In this document: in pieces, positions 13,453-25,300 of the stretch
Position numbering within the stretch: position 1 is the first letter of the stretch
Layout: each line of letters begins with the position of its first letter
Source of the DNA: Azolla caroliniana
Taxonomy: Eukaryota; Plantae; Polypodiophyta
NCBI GenBank assembly: GCA_043228905.1
Contig: JBHGNT010000005.1
Coordinates: 16,926,001-16,990,000 of the forward strand
Direction of reading: 5' to 3'
Length of the DNA: 64,000 nucleotides
Notes under the pieces: generated by a model
The model's input: the letters and a program-made list of their open reading frames with translations, nothing else
Database searches by the model: none
What the model was told of the DNA's origin: nothing
Translations under genes and position numbers: made by a program

Positions 13453-16400
13453 TGTTGAGAGACAAGCTCAACATCGGCCGGATCGGCTGAAGAAGCCGAG
13501 GACCGGATTGGTTGGGACCGATCGGTTAGGCCGAATGCGTAAACCGGTACACAGACCGGTGCATAGGTAGGGCCGGATCGGTGCGTAAACCGGGAGGCTG
13601 TTAGGAAAGATATTCCGTGAGGAATATATTTGGGAGTTAGTGTAGGAGCTCTTAATGAGCATTGAAGTACTGTCAGTACTTCGGTCAGTCCTTCTAGGAC
13701 TTGTATAAAAGTGTTCATTGAACACACATATGTATAGAGTGTGTTGAATATAGTTCTTGTGTTCTCTCTCTCCCACTCTCTCTGTCTCTCCCGCATATAC
13801 TGCGTAAGCTCAAGCGCTCCATTGAACCTGAGTTTTCTTCCTCTTGTTCGGTCTTCACACTTGCTTTCGCACGTTACTTTTTACATGGTATCAGAGCGCG
13901 AGGGTTGAGAACCTCTCTGCACCCAACACAACTTGACGAAGAAGAACGATGGATAGAGGCATGGCGAGCTCACTTCCAACAGAGAAGCTCGACAGAACCA
14001 ACTACGCGTCTTGGTCCTACAAGATGCACGAGTACCTGCTCGGGCACGGCTACTGGAGTTATGTCGAAGGAGCTAATGACGCGACACTCGAATCGACACA
14101 CAGAGACTTCCCGTCGTGGGAGCAATCGGCGAGCAGGGTATTATACTGCTTCGCGTCGTGTGTGGGCGAACAACTATTGAGCTATGTTTGGGATGCAAAG
14201 ACGCCGAAGGGTGCGTGGGAAAATCTGAAGAAGATTTTTGCCGCGAGCACCACAGCTAGGAAGCTTCAGCTCCGACAGGAGTTGAGCAACCTACGACAAC
14301 GCGACTTGTCGGTGGCGGACTATACCTCGAAGATCAAGGAAATCTGCGACTCCCTCGCCTCCATAGAGGTGAACATCGAGGAGAGCGAGATGGTCTAGAT
14401 CTATCTCGGAGGTTTGGCGTCGAAGTTCAGAGCGTTCCGAACGGCTGTGTGTACCCGGGAGAATACGTCGTCCTTTTTCGACTTACAGTCAATGCTCCTG
14501 GTAGAGGAGAACCACGCGGGTGCGTCTACAAGCACGCACACCGACAACAGAATGTTGTACACGGAGGGAGATAGGCCCCGTGGATGTGGAGGACGAGGCG
14601 AGTCAGCGCGCAACGGGGGCGGTCGACGAGATCAAGGAAGAAGGCACCGAAGTGATGCCGACAGCAACTCCGGACCCTCCGGAAACAGTGGGAGTCGAAG
14701 CGATGAGAACAGGCAAGGGAAGGCCATCGCGGAGTGCTGGTACTGTGGCAAGAAAGGCCACAGGGAAAGTGAGTGTTGGAAGAAGCGCGCCGATTCGGAG
14801 AGAACCGGTTCCGAAAACGGCTCCAGACATACCGACAAGGGAAATCGGCAGCGATCACACTATGCCGAAGACTCCGGGAGAGCCGGAGAAGGGTCTGCCT
14901 TCGTGACGAGACACGAAGCAAACTCAATGAAACAGACCACCCCGAGATCGGACGAGGTGTGGTACATTGACTCCGGAGCGTCAAACCACATGACGAGCCA
15001 TAAGGAGTGGTTCTCGTACCTGGAAAAACTGATACAACCTGGAGTAGTCGCGATTGGAGATGACACTCCGCATCCGATCGTGAATGTCGGAGAAGTTCCC
15101 CTTAGCCATGCTGGGCTGAAAGGGAAACTCATGAACGTGCTGCACGTTCCGACAATCACGAAGAACTTGGTCTCGGTCGGACAGATCGTCGACCAAGGGA
15201 TGGAGGTTCGGTTTACACACCTCGGGTGCTTCATTGAGGAAGAAGGCCATGTGATTGCGCAAGGGCGCAGAGACGGGAGGATGTTCATCCTCGACTCCAC
15301 TGACGGCGGCACCGCAATGTTCGCGAAGGGAAGAAAAACCGAGTCGGACATCGACTTGTGGCACAAGCGGATAGGCCACGTCAACTACCAACGGCTTCAA
15401 GATCTGCAATCGAAACAGGTAGTGTTCGGATTGCCCAAATTTAGTGGCCGAAAGGCACAAATTGGTGAAGCTTGGCAGCTCGGGAAGCAACACCGACTTC
15501 ATTTCCCCAACGAGCGAAACCGAAGACGGAACAAGCTCGACCTTATACACTCCGATGTATGGGGACTGGCACGAAACGTTAGTCTTGGCAGGAGCCGATA
15601 TTTTGTCTCCTTCATCGACGACCACACGCGGCACACGTGGATCTACCTCATTGAGAGGAAGAGCGAAGTCTTCGACTGTTTCCGGGACCTCAAAGGGTTC
15701 GTGGAAACGGAAACGGGACGAAAGATCAAGTGCCTGCGGTCAGATGGCGGGAAAGAGTACTTTTCTGGTCAATTCAACCGTTATCTACAACAAATGGGAA
15801 TTCGGCGCGAATTTAGTTGTAGATACACACCGGAGCAGAACGGCGTGGCCGAGAGGAAGAATCGGTCAGTTGTGGAAGCGGCACGGGCAATGCTGGAGGA
15901 GAAGAGCTTGCCCAAGTTCTACTGGGCCGAGCCGGTAAGGACCGCGGTATACATCCAGAACCGGATCGGAGACAAGGTGTCGGCGCACGAGCTATATTTC
16001 GGAATGAAGCCGAACTTGCGACACTTGAGGGTGTTCGGTAGCATCGCGTATGTGCATGTACCGAAGGAGAAAAGGAGGAAGCTGGACGCAAAGGCCGAGA
16101 AATGCATCTTGGTCGGTTACTCAGACGAGCAGAAGGGTTATAAGTGCTATAACCGTCGCACCAAACAAGCGCGTGTTAGCCGCGACGTTGTCGTCGACGA
16201 GTCCGCGTCCTGGTACCAGCCCCCGACTCCGAACCCCGACTCCAATCCGAGTTCTGACGATGAGGTCAGGGATGCCGAGATGCCTCCGGATGAGCCCGAT
16301 ATCGAGACCCGCGAAGAGAGTCTGATTTCACTCCGTTTAAGTGGACCGATTGGACGACTAAGTCGGTATCAACAATCCGATGAAGAGCCGACGAGTACTG

Positions 16401-19190
16401 GAGACTCGGCCGTGCATTCCACGCGCAGGAAGCCGAGGAGACGGCTTATGCGCAAAGAGAAAGGGAAGAAGAAGGTGTCGGATTCCGGCACGGATAGGAA
16501 CGAGTCAGACCGACGCGAGTCCGACTCCGAGGGAACCGGTGACGGGTCTTTAAAGGTGAAGTTCGCGTCAACCGAGAAGGCCTCGACATCGGCTAATGTG
16601 AGATTACGCCGATCTACCCGCCAGAAGAACCCTGTTTTGCGGTTCGGATACAACGAGTACATGGCGTATCATTATGCGTACATGACCCGTGTAGCGGAAG
16701 TGCGTGAGCCGGAGAGCTACGCAGAAGCAGCTAAAGACGCGAATTGGCGTGCCGCGATGGAGGAAGAGATGCACGCATTGGCGGAGAACGAGACCTGGGA
16801 CCTGGTTGACGCACAAAGAGGGGTAAAACCAATCTGGTGTAGGTTGGTGTACAAGGTCAAGTACAACACCGATGGCTTGGTCAACCGGTACAAGGCTCCG
16901 CTAGTGGCAAAGGGCTACGCGCAGAAACACGACATCGACTACGATGAGACATTTGCGCCAATCGCGAAAATGACGACCGTCCGTGTTTTGCTCGCTATAG
17001 CCGCGACCAAGGGGTGGCACTTACATCAGATGGATGTAAAGAATGCGTTCCTGCAAGGTGACCTTGAGGAACATGTGTACATGGTACAGCCCCCCGGATT
17101 TCACTCCGGAACGAACTCCTCGGCAGTATGCCGACTGAAGAAGTCCCTTTACGGACTGAAGCAAGCCCCGCGTGCCTGGAACGCGAAGATCACGCAACAA
17201 CTGCGTCGGATGGGCTTCGTCACGTCAAAATCAGACTCTTCCCTGTTCATCCGGAAAGGTCGACTCGGACTGGTTAGTGTTTTACTATATGTTGATGACT
17301 TGGTCATCACCGGCGCCGACCTAGGTGAAATTGACCGCGTGAAGCTCCAGCTTGCGGGATCGTTCGACATGAAGGATCTGGGGTACCTTCATTACTTCCT
17401 CGGGATCGAAGTGATCCGTACCCCCGAAGGCATATTGATTAGCCAACGTCATTACGTGCTGAGCATGCTCTTCAAATTCGGGATGGCCGACTGTAAGTCC
17501 GTCTCGACTCCTCTGGACAGAACCGTCAAGCTTCGTCCCGATAGGGGAAAGGTATGCGACCTGACGAGGTTCCGACAAATTGTTGGAAGCCTCATATACT
17601 TGACCATCACCCGAACCGACCTCAGTTATCCGGTCGGAGTGATCAGTCAGTTCATGGCGCGACCTACCGAGGAGCACCTTTAGTGTGCGCAACGCACACT
17701 TCGGTATGTCAACGACACTAAGGATCGGGGACTGCTATATCGGACCGGTTCAGCCGCGTAGTTAGTCGGCTACACCGATGCTGATTGGGCTGGCAACGCC
17801 GCCGATCGCCGATCCACGTCCGGATACGCGTTCTCCCTCGGGAGTGCCGCGATTGCGTGGAGTAGTAAGAAGCAGCCGACAGTTGCACTGTCGAGCACCG
17901 AAGCTGAGTACCGAGGAGCGGCTGTCGCGACATGCGAAGCCATATGGTTGAAGCGGCTACTTAAGGACCTGCAAGAGGAGGTGTCAGATCCGATGATGAT
18001 CTATTGCGACAACCTCAACAACATCCAGTTCGCGAAAAACCCCGTTTTTCACGCATGGACCAAGCACATTGAGGTGCACTACCATTTCGTCCGTGAGCGT
18101 GTCCTTTCCGGGGAAGGTGACCTTCAGTATGTTCCAAGATGCGGACATCTTCACCAAGCCTCTTGGTCTAGACAAGTTGCGACAATTCTCAGGTGTGCTC
18201 GGATTGCATCACCTCGACGTGCCAAACTTGAGGGGGAGAACAGTCCCGAACGACCAAGCAAGGCAGCAGGAAAGGATCGGAGACCGCGACACCGAGTCGG
18301 TTGTCGAGTTTGACTTCGGATCGGCTGAGGAAGCCGAGGGTGGACTCGCGGAAAAGTTCGGAAGCGGACAGAAGGGGAGCAGCCGAAGGAGAGAGCCGAA
18401 GCCAACCAAGCATGGGGAAGATGATGCCACCGAGGGTGAGAAGACCGAAGACGAGGTGGAGACAGCCAACTCGGACGAGAGCGAAAACCGATTGGAGGTA
18501 GCCGAGTCGGTTCGGATGTTTGATTCAGATACGCTGAATCAACCGAGGCCCAAGCGGAAGAAAAGGCAGCAGGAGAAGTGTCAACACCGCAACAATAGAA
18601 GAGCTGATAAGGGCCACATGAGCAGACAAGCCGACCGGAAGGGTCAAAGCGCGCGGAGTCAAACAGGCCGTGGAGCGTGAGTGAGGCGTGAAGCCAGGAG
18701 GAACCGGAGCTGTGAGCCCGAAGATGCCGAAGAGCCTCAAGTTGAGCTTGAGGGGAGTGTTGAGAGACAAGCTCAACATCGGCCGGATCGGTTGAAGAAG
18801 CCGAGGACCGGATCGGTTGGGACCGATCGGTTTGGCCGAATGCGTAAACCGGTACGCAGACCGGTGCGTAGGTAGGGCCGGATTGGTGCGTAAACCGGGA
18901 GGCCGTTAGGAAAGATGTTCCGTGAGGAATATATTTGGGAGTTAGTTTAGGAGCTCTTAATGAGCATCGAAGTACTGTCAGTACTTCGGTCAGTCCTTCT
19001 AGGACTTGTATAAAAGTGTTCATTGAACACACATATGTATAGAGTGTGTTGAATATAGTTCTTGTGTTCTCTCTCTCCCACTCTCTCTGTCTCTCCCGCG
19101 TCTACTGCGTAAGCTCAAGCTGTCCATTGAACCTGAGTTTTCTTCCTCCTGTTCGGTCTTCACACTTGCTTCTGCATGTTACTTTTTACA
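13453..19190 (+). mobile_element. Full-length Ty1/copia element A. LTRs 13453-13885 and 18758-19190 (433 bp), TSD TTTAG
   Basis: TG..CA LTRs with about 18 mismatches by eye. tRNA-iMet PBS TGGTATCAGAGC at 13886-13897, PPT at 18749-18757, TSD at 13448-13452 and 19191-19195. Confidence 0.96.
13964..18875 (+). pseudogene. Copia A gag-pol (Gag, CCHC, PR, INT, RT, RNaseH) with a long C-terminal extension; disrupted
   Basis: Motifs CWYCGKKGHRESEC, DSGAS, SDGGKEY, QMDVKNAFL, YVDDL and ADIFTK. TAG stops at 14396, 17681 and 17759, a frameshift near 18136, and lost integrase HHCC cysteines. Confidence 0.92.
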
Positions 19191-21586
19191 TTTAGGAAAT
19201 TTGACAGTTTTGTTATAAGTGTAGGTTCTTGCCGAACAAGGTAAGTGTAACCTTGGAGAGAGAATCTCAGTCACCTATAAAAAGGGACTGAGAGCACTGT
19301 AATGGTATCGGTCTATTTTGATTAATATAAGTTTTAGTAGGGCTGTGAATTCATGGGCCGTTGGTGGAATGGCCAGTAGTCCAAGAATCTCGTTCGGGGA
19401 GATTGTTGACGCCTTCCCCTTCTCTATTGTTCCTCTTTGTGTAGGTTCAACCGGTTCCCTAGTTGGTTGTTGTTCGGCTGGTTGTTGTTGTTAGTCCCGA
19501 GTTTGTTTTGTCGACTGAATCTCTTCCTGAGTTGGCTTTTCGGCCGTGTTTCTAGTTTTACTCCTCTTTCTCGGTTTCCCTTCTTCTTGATTGAGTTGTT
19601 CATTCGCCACACGTCGACTCTTCTGTTTTAGATGTGGGGATGGTCTTGATTCTTCTCTTGGCCTACTGGCTTCTAGTACCTGAGCTGATTGTTGAGTGTC
19701 GAGTGTTGGCTTTTGTTGTCGGTTCGGCTTTGATCATTGCTGGTTCTTAGATCTGGGTTCATGTGTCGGCTGTGCTGGTTGTCGGGTTCTGGTGCGGATG
19801 TTGGCTCTGGTTCCTGCCATTCGTCGCGTGGTACTGTTCGGTGTACCAATTCCTTTGGCCGTTCTTGTAATGATTGTCCCTTTTTCTTCGTCGAGGTCTT
19901 ATGTCCTGTATCAGCTACCGGTGTGGGACATAATACCACCAACCATCGTGCATAAATTGGCTTCATGGCTTTCCCATTTTGCACCCCATGCAGTTGTTCT
20001 CTGGGCGCGACACCAATGATGTATCCTAGTTGATTTTTTCCCCCTTATATGTATGTAGCTATGATGAACCTAGCCCTCTATTTTGGCATGAAATATGACC
20101 GTGGGCTTACAGAGCCACTTCCAATAGAAATTTTGCTACATCATGGAAGAATAAATCCGGACCCCCTTGTGTTCGGTAGGCTTTGGCCAAAGGAGAGTAT
20201 TCACCGAAATATGACTCTAGGATCTCGGCTTCCAATGTGTCCATCACATCATAGCCCTCTTTCTTTAGGTTTAAGAATCGACGCACTAGTCTGTTTGTGA
20301 TTTTGTCGATGTCGATTTCTTTGATTATTTCCTCTTCCCGTGGGTGAGGTTCGGCATCTGCAATTCAAAGGTATCCTTCCAAGAAATTAGTCTTTAACCA
20401 ACAACGTGGGTGGTCCGAAACTTGCATTGGCATATTGTCTATGTTAGCCACTTCACTGTGTTCTGTGCTTGATGGAGAGAGTTGGACTATTCTATGGCTA
20501 TTCATTAGCACTTCTCTATTGCGCTCGATGTTCACTTGTGTGTGTGTGAGCTTCGCTTTGTTCGCCAGTATATGTTCCTGCGTATTAGGGTTTCTTTGTG
20601 CTTTTTTGTGACAGTAAAAGGAAGGGAAAAAGTTTTTCTATTGAAGGGGTTCATAACTCGAGATAAAACGTAATAATAATAGAATCTACTATTAATGCCC
20701 CTTCAATAGCCACCACTCGTCATGAGTACTGAATCATAAGCATGCATGGTATATATATAGTGTGAAAAAGGACATCGCCAAAAAGTAATGATGCCAAGAT
20801 TGATATTCTGTTACTTTACTTTTTTTGATTTTTTTATATTTTTATACTAATATTTACAATTATGCCCCCTTGTATGGGTCATGGTCCACCTATCATCACT
20901 AGGGTTGTCGGTTGACTGTCGGTTCTTTCACCTGGTTCAAATGGGTTAGTTGGTGTCAGTCCCCGATAAGGTTTGAGTCGGAACCCATTCACCCATTTAG
21001 GTAAGACATCGCCGGCTAATGTGTCGATATGAAACGTGCCTTTGTTGCTATTGATGATCCAATACGAACCAGTCCACCTAAATCTCAATTTTCCTGGCTT
21101 GCTGATGTTGAACATTTTCTCTTTATTTTGTCAGTGTCGATTGACAAATGCCTTTGTTTTTACCTGCTTCTGCTCCAAATGACACAATGCTTGCAGATGG
21201 CTCTCTTTCAACAGAAGAAGTTGTTCCTTCCAAATATGTTCCAACTGTTCCTCATCAAGTCGTTCGGTCACTTGTACGCGTAGAGTCGGAATCTGAAATA
21301 CGATCGACATTACTGCTTCTAACCCAAATGAAATCCTGAATGGGGTTGACCTGATCATAGTCTTTTACGTTGTTCGGTGGGCCCATAGAGCACTATGCAG
21401 GTTCTAGTCGCAATTGGTGCGATTTTCATTGATAATGTTCCTCATAATTGTTTAAATAGTTTTGTTTGACAACTCTGCTAACCCATTAGCTTATGGGTAG
21501 TACGATGTACTTCTTTTATGCACTACTACATAATAGTTTGATAAGTCATGAATACCTTTATCTTGATCACTTAGTAATTCAATTGG

Positions 21587-22173
21587 TGCTATCCGTAGGA
21601 CAGCAGGAACAAAGTGTGGAAAGGACTGTGAAGGACAAAGGTGAAAGGGATGTATAGGACGAATGTGAAAAGACAAAAGGAGCCGAACACTAACAATCGA
21701 AGGTAGAAGCCAATTATCAGGAGGGTACTAGTAGTTAGAACGCACCGAGCTAGGAGATAACTATATAATCGAGAAGGGGTGAATATAGAAGGGAGATCAG
21801 AACTAGAGCATATACAAAATGGGAGTCCCCAGAGCTAACTAAGCCCAATTCTAGATTAGTACTGAGTGAGTGAGCGATACTGATTGTACTCGGTCATTGT
21901 ATCTATATCTTTATTGTATGCTACAGTAATAGAATACATATATACTTGTGGGTCAATCTCTATGTCTATCTTATTTTCGGTCTATCTTTACTTGCTTACG
22001 TTCGGTCTATAAGGTATATGTACCAATCGGTGGTAGCCGATTGTCGGAGTGTCAATCTAAATCGGTCGTAACGACCTGACCCATACTTAGGCCCCTAGTC
22101 CCAATGCACCATGATTCCTTGACCCGATTACTTAGTTGGAGTAATCGAAGGTGTTCTCCAGGAGGGAGCAATA
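21587..22173 (+). mobile_element. Solo LTR (587 bp) inserted in the Ty3 integrase, TSD ATTGG
   Basis: ATTGG at 21582-21586 and 22174-22178. Removing the insert restores FGCPIELLSDQ. A TATA-like ctatataa lies at ~21761. Confidence 0.85.
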
Positions 22174-22395
22174 ATTGGGCAACCGAATCTACACCATATG
22201 CATTCATAGAGGAATTTTGCAGTTGAAGTTGTTGTATTATCTCAACAAGCTTTGGCTTCAACCTATTTTGTACAATAGTCAGTTGTGACTATGATGTAAC
22301 GGTTGTCTGTCTTCGCCGTGGCTGGTTTGAGTGGTCTCGCGGCATTACTGGTTGATGCTGCATTCGATCTCGTTCACTTGGTTGGCCGATTCGTT

Positions 22396-25300
22396 TATTA
22401 GAAATATTGAGAATCGAGTAGATAGGTATATAGAGTTACAACTGCAGAGATGGATATATGAAAACAGAATTTCTATTACATATGAGAGTAGTTCAAAATG
22501 GTAGTTTTCCCATGCGCTCACACCTTAGAGCTTAGATAGGATATGGACCGGCTCACTACAAAATTAGTGGGGACTCATGATCAATCTGACCACTGTGTGA
22601 GAAAAGTGACTTATAATCTATGTTTGGTCTTAGTATAAATGTGCAAGTCAGTTGACAGTAGTGGAGATATTCCTTTTCTGTCAACTGACTTGTCATTTAA
22701 TATGACCCAACTCCCTAGGTACAGGCTAGTGCTAGATAATACTTATCTTGAAGTCAATGACGCATACTTCAAGACTAAGTACATCGTAACTTGCCCACAA
22801 AATATTCTAGCTGACTTGATTAGCCAATCCTTTTATCTATTTCTCTCTTTCCTAAATATATTGTGTCCTACGCATCTACGGTTTCCTAGATTAACACCTT
22901 ATCGACCCATATGGTCGAGTTGCACACTAGCCGCTCCTCATTTGGGGCGCTATCACAAAATGTGCACTCTAAGAGCACATATGGGGATAGATTTACAACT
23001 TGGGGCTGATCATTGATTATATCTAACACGCCCCCTCAATGATCAACCCATTGAGTTCACTTGGAATTGGGCCAACACCTAGTCGTCGAAGGTGTTATTG
23101 CAACTGTTCTGCTCCAAGCGCCTTTGTGAAGATATCTGCAGCATTTTCTGATGTTGGACAGTACTCAAGCTCCACAATCTCATCATTTATTAGCTCCCGC
23201 ACATAGTGATACTGAATCTCTATGTGTTTAGTACGTGCATGAAATACGGGGTTCTTGGCAATGGCCATGCAACTCTGATTGTCACACCTCAATACCGTTG
23301 CCGTCCTTATTGGGACTGCCACATCCATAAGGATTCTTCTTAGCCAAACTACCTCGCATGCCGCTATGCATGCTGCTTTGTATTCTGCCTCCGTTGAAGA
23401 TAGTGCCACTGTTGGTTGTTTTTTACTACTCCATGAAACAGCTCCAGATCCTATTGAAAAACAATATCCAGAAACTGATTTTCTGGAATCACTATCTCCA
23501 GCCCAATCGGAGTCGCAATATCCACTAAGTTGGTCAATTGTTGGCTTGTAGAAGATTCCATAATTTAAAGTACCCACAATGTACTTTAATACACGTAGAG
23601 CAGCTTTCCAATGAGTCTCCTTCGGCTTGTTGCTGAATCGACTCACCACATTGACTGCAAAACAAATATCCGGCCTAGTGTTGCATAAGAAAATTAGACT
23701 TCCTACTAGTTGTCTATACTTCCTTATGTCAACCATTGGTGATGAGTCTTCTTGGGATAGCTTGCAGTTTGACTCCATTGGAGTCGACTTCGACTTGCTG
23801 TCCATCATCCCGAAGGTCTTCAAGATCTCTGTTGCATACTTTCTTTGTGACATGAAGATGCCGACCGAGGTTTGCCAAACCTCAATTCCAAGGAAGTAGT
23901 GTAGAATCCCCAAGTCTGTCATTTCAAACTCAGTTTTCAAACACTCTTGTGTTTGGCCAATGCACTCTTCATGGTCACCGGTAAGTACTAGATCATCCAC
24001 GTAAATGATAATGATGACTTGTTTCCCGTCCTTCATTTTGACATACATACTTGCATCCGAAGCACATTGCTTAAAGTCGATTGATCGTAAGAAGCTGTCT
24101 ATCCTCTTGTTCCAAGCTCTTGGTGCTTGCTTTAGACCATATAGTGCCTTCTTCAGCTTGCAAACTTTGTTTTCTGAATTCGGTATCTCAAACCCCGGTG
24201 GTTGTGTCACATATACCTCCTCCTTGAGATGCCCATTCAGAAATGCTGATTTGACATCCATTTGATAAATCGGCCATCCTCTTGAAGCAGCCAACGCTAT
24301 GACCATTCGAATTGTTGTCATGCGAGCTGTCGGGGCAAATGTTTCTTGTACATCGAACCCTTCAATTTGGGAGTATCCTTGCGCTACTAGCCTGGCCTTG
24401 AATTTCTCCAAAGAGCCATCAGCTTTATACTTTACTTTCCATACCCACTTCGTGCCTATCACCTTCTTCTTTGTTGGCCTCTCTACCAACTCCCATGTGT
24501 CATTTTTCATGATGCTATCATATTCTGATATCATCGCCTCTTTCCACTTCGGGTCGGCCATAGCTTCCTCCACCGAGGTCGGCTCACTCACTGAGCCTAT
24601 GATGTCCACCATCAGAGCCATGTTGACAATGTGGTCAGAGGTTCTTCCTTGCTCCTGTATTCTTCTTGATCTTCGTAATCCATCAGTTGAAGTTTCAGGA
24701 AACTCAACTTTAGGAGTATGATCATTGAAGAGTTGTTGAGCCCACTTAGGTATTTTCTTTACATGTGGGACTGGCATAGGCTGAACTAGTGAACCATTAC
24801 CATCAGATGGTTCAGCTTCCTTTTTTGGATAATGGGTCGGGATTGGGTAAAATACTTCTTCAGTTGATGAGATAACTTGAGAATCGTTGTTCTCAGCTAG
24901 CTGTGGTTGTTCCTCATCGAACACCACATCGCGGCTTGTCAATATCTTTCTTGCCTCTGGATCGTAGAGTCGATAGGCCTTTGACTCTTCACTATATCCG
25001 AGAAAGATACACTTTTTGCTTTTAGCATCCAACTTCTTTCTGCTCACATCTGGAATATGTGCGTAGCACATACACCCAAAGGTTCTGAAGTGCAGCACTG
25101 AAGGTTTCTTGCCTGAATAAGCTTCTTGGGGTGTTTTCCCTTGAAGTGCCTTCGTGTAGCTCCGATTGAGGATGTAAACTGCTGTGTTCACTGCTTCAGC
25201 CCAGAATGGGTCGGGCAGCGCTTGTGCCTTCAACATACACCTAGCCATCTCGACAACTGTTCGATTTCGACGTTCGACAACGCCATTTTGTTGTGGGGTG

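Noticed and set aside
14396-14398. Programmed stop-codon readthrough between copia A gag and pol
   Set aside because: The TAG lies mid-gag, before the zinc knuckle, and lacks a CARYYA context. The element has other CAG>TAG stops.
18151-19032. 293-aa antisense ORF starting in the 3' LTR
   Set aside because: It is a GC-rich shadow of the sense frame with no recognisable motif, so it is unsupported without expression data.
22639-23016. 125-aa ORF duplicated at 27466-27843
   Set aside because: The identity simply reflects the two LTR copies. It is antisense and has no domain features.
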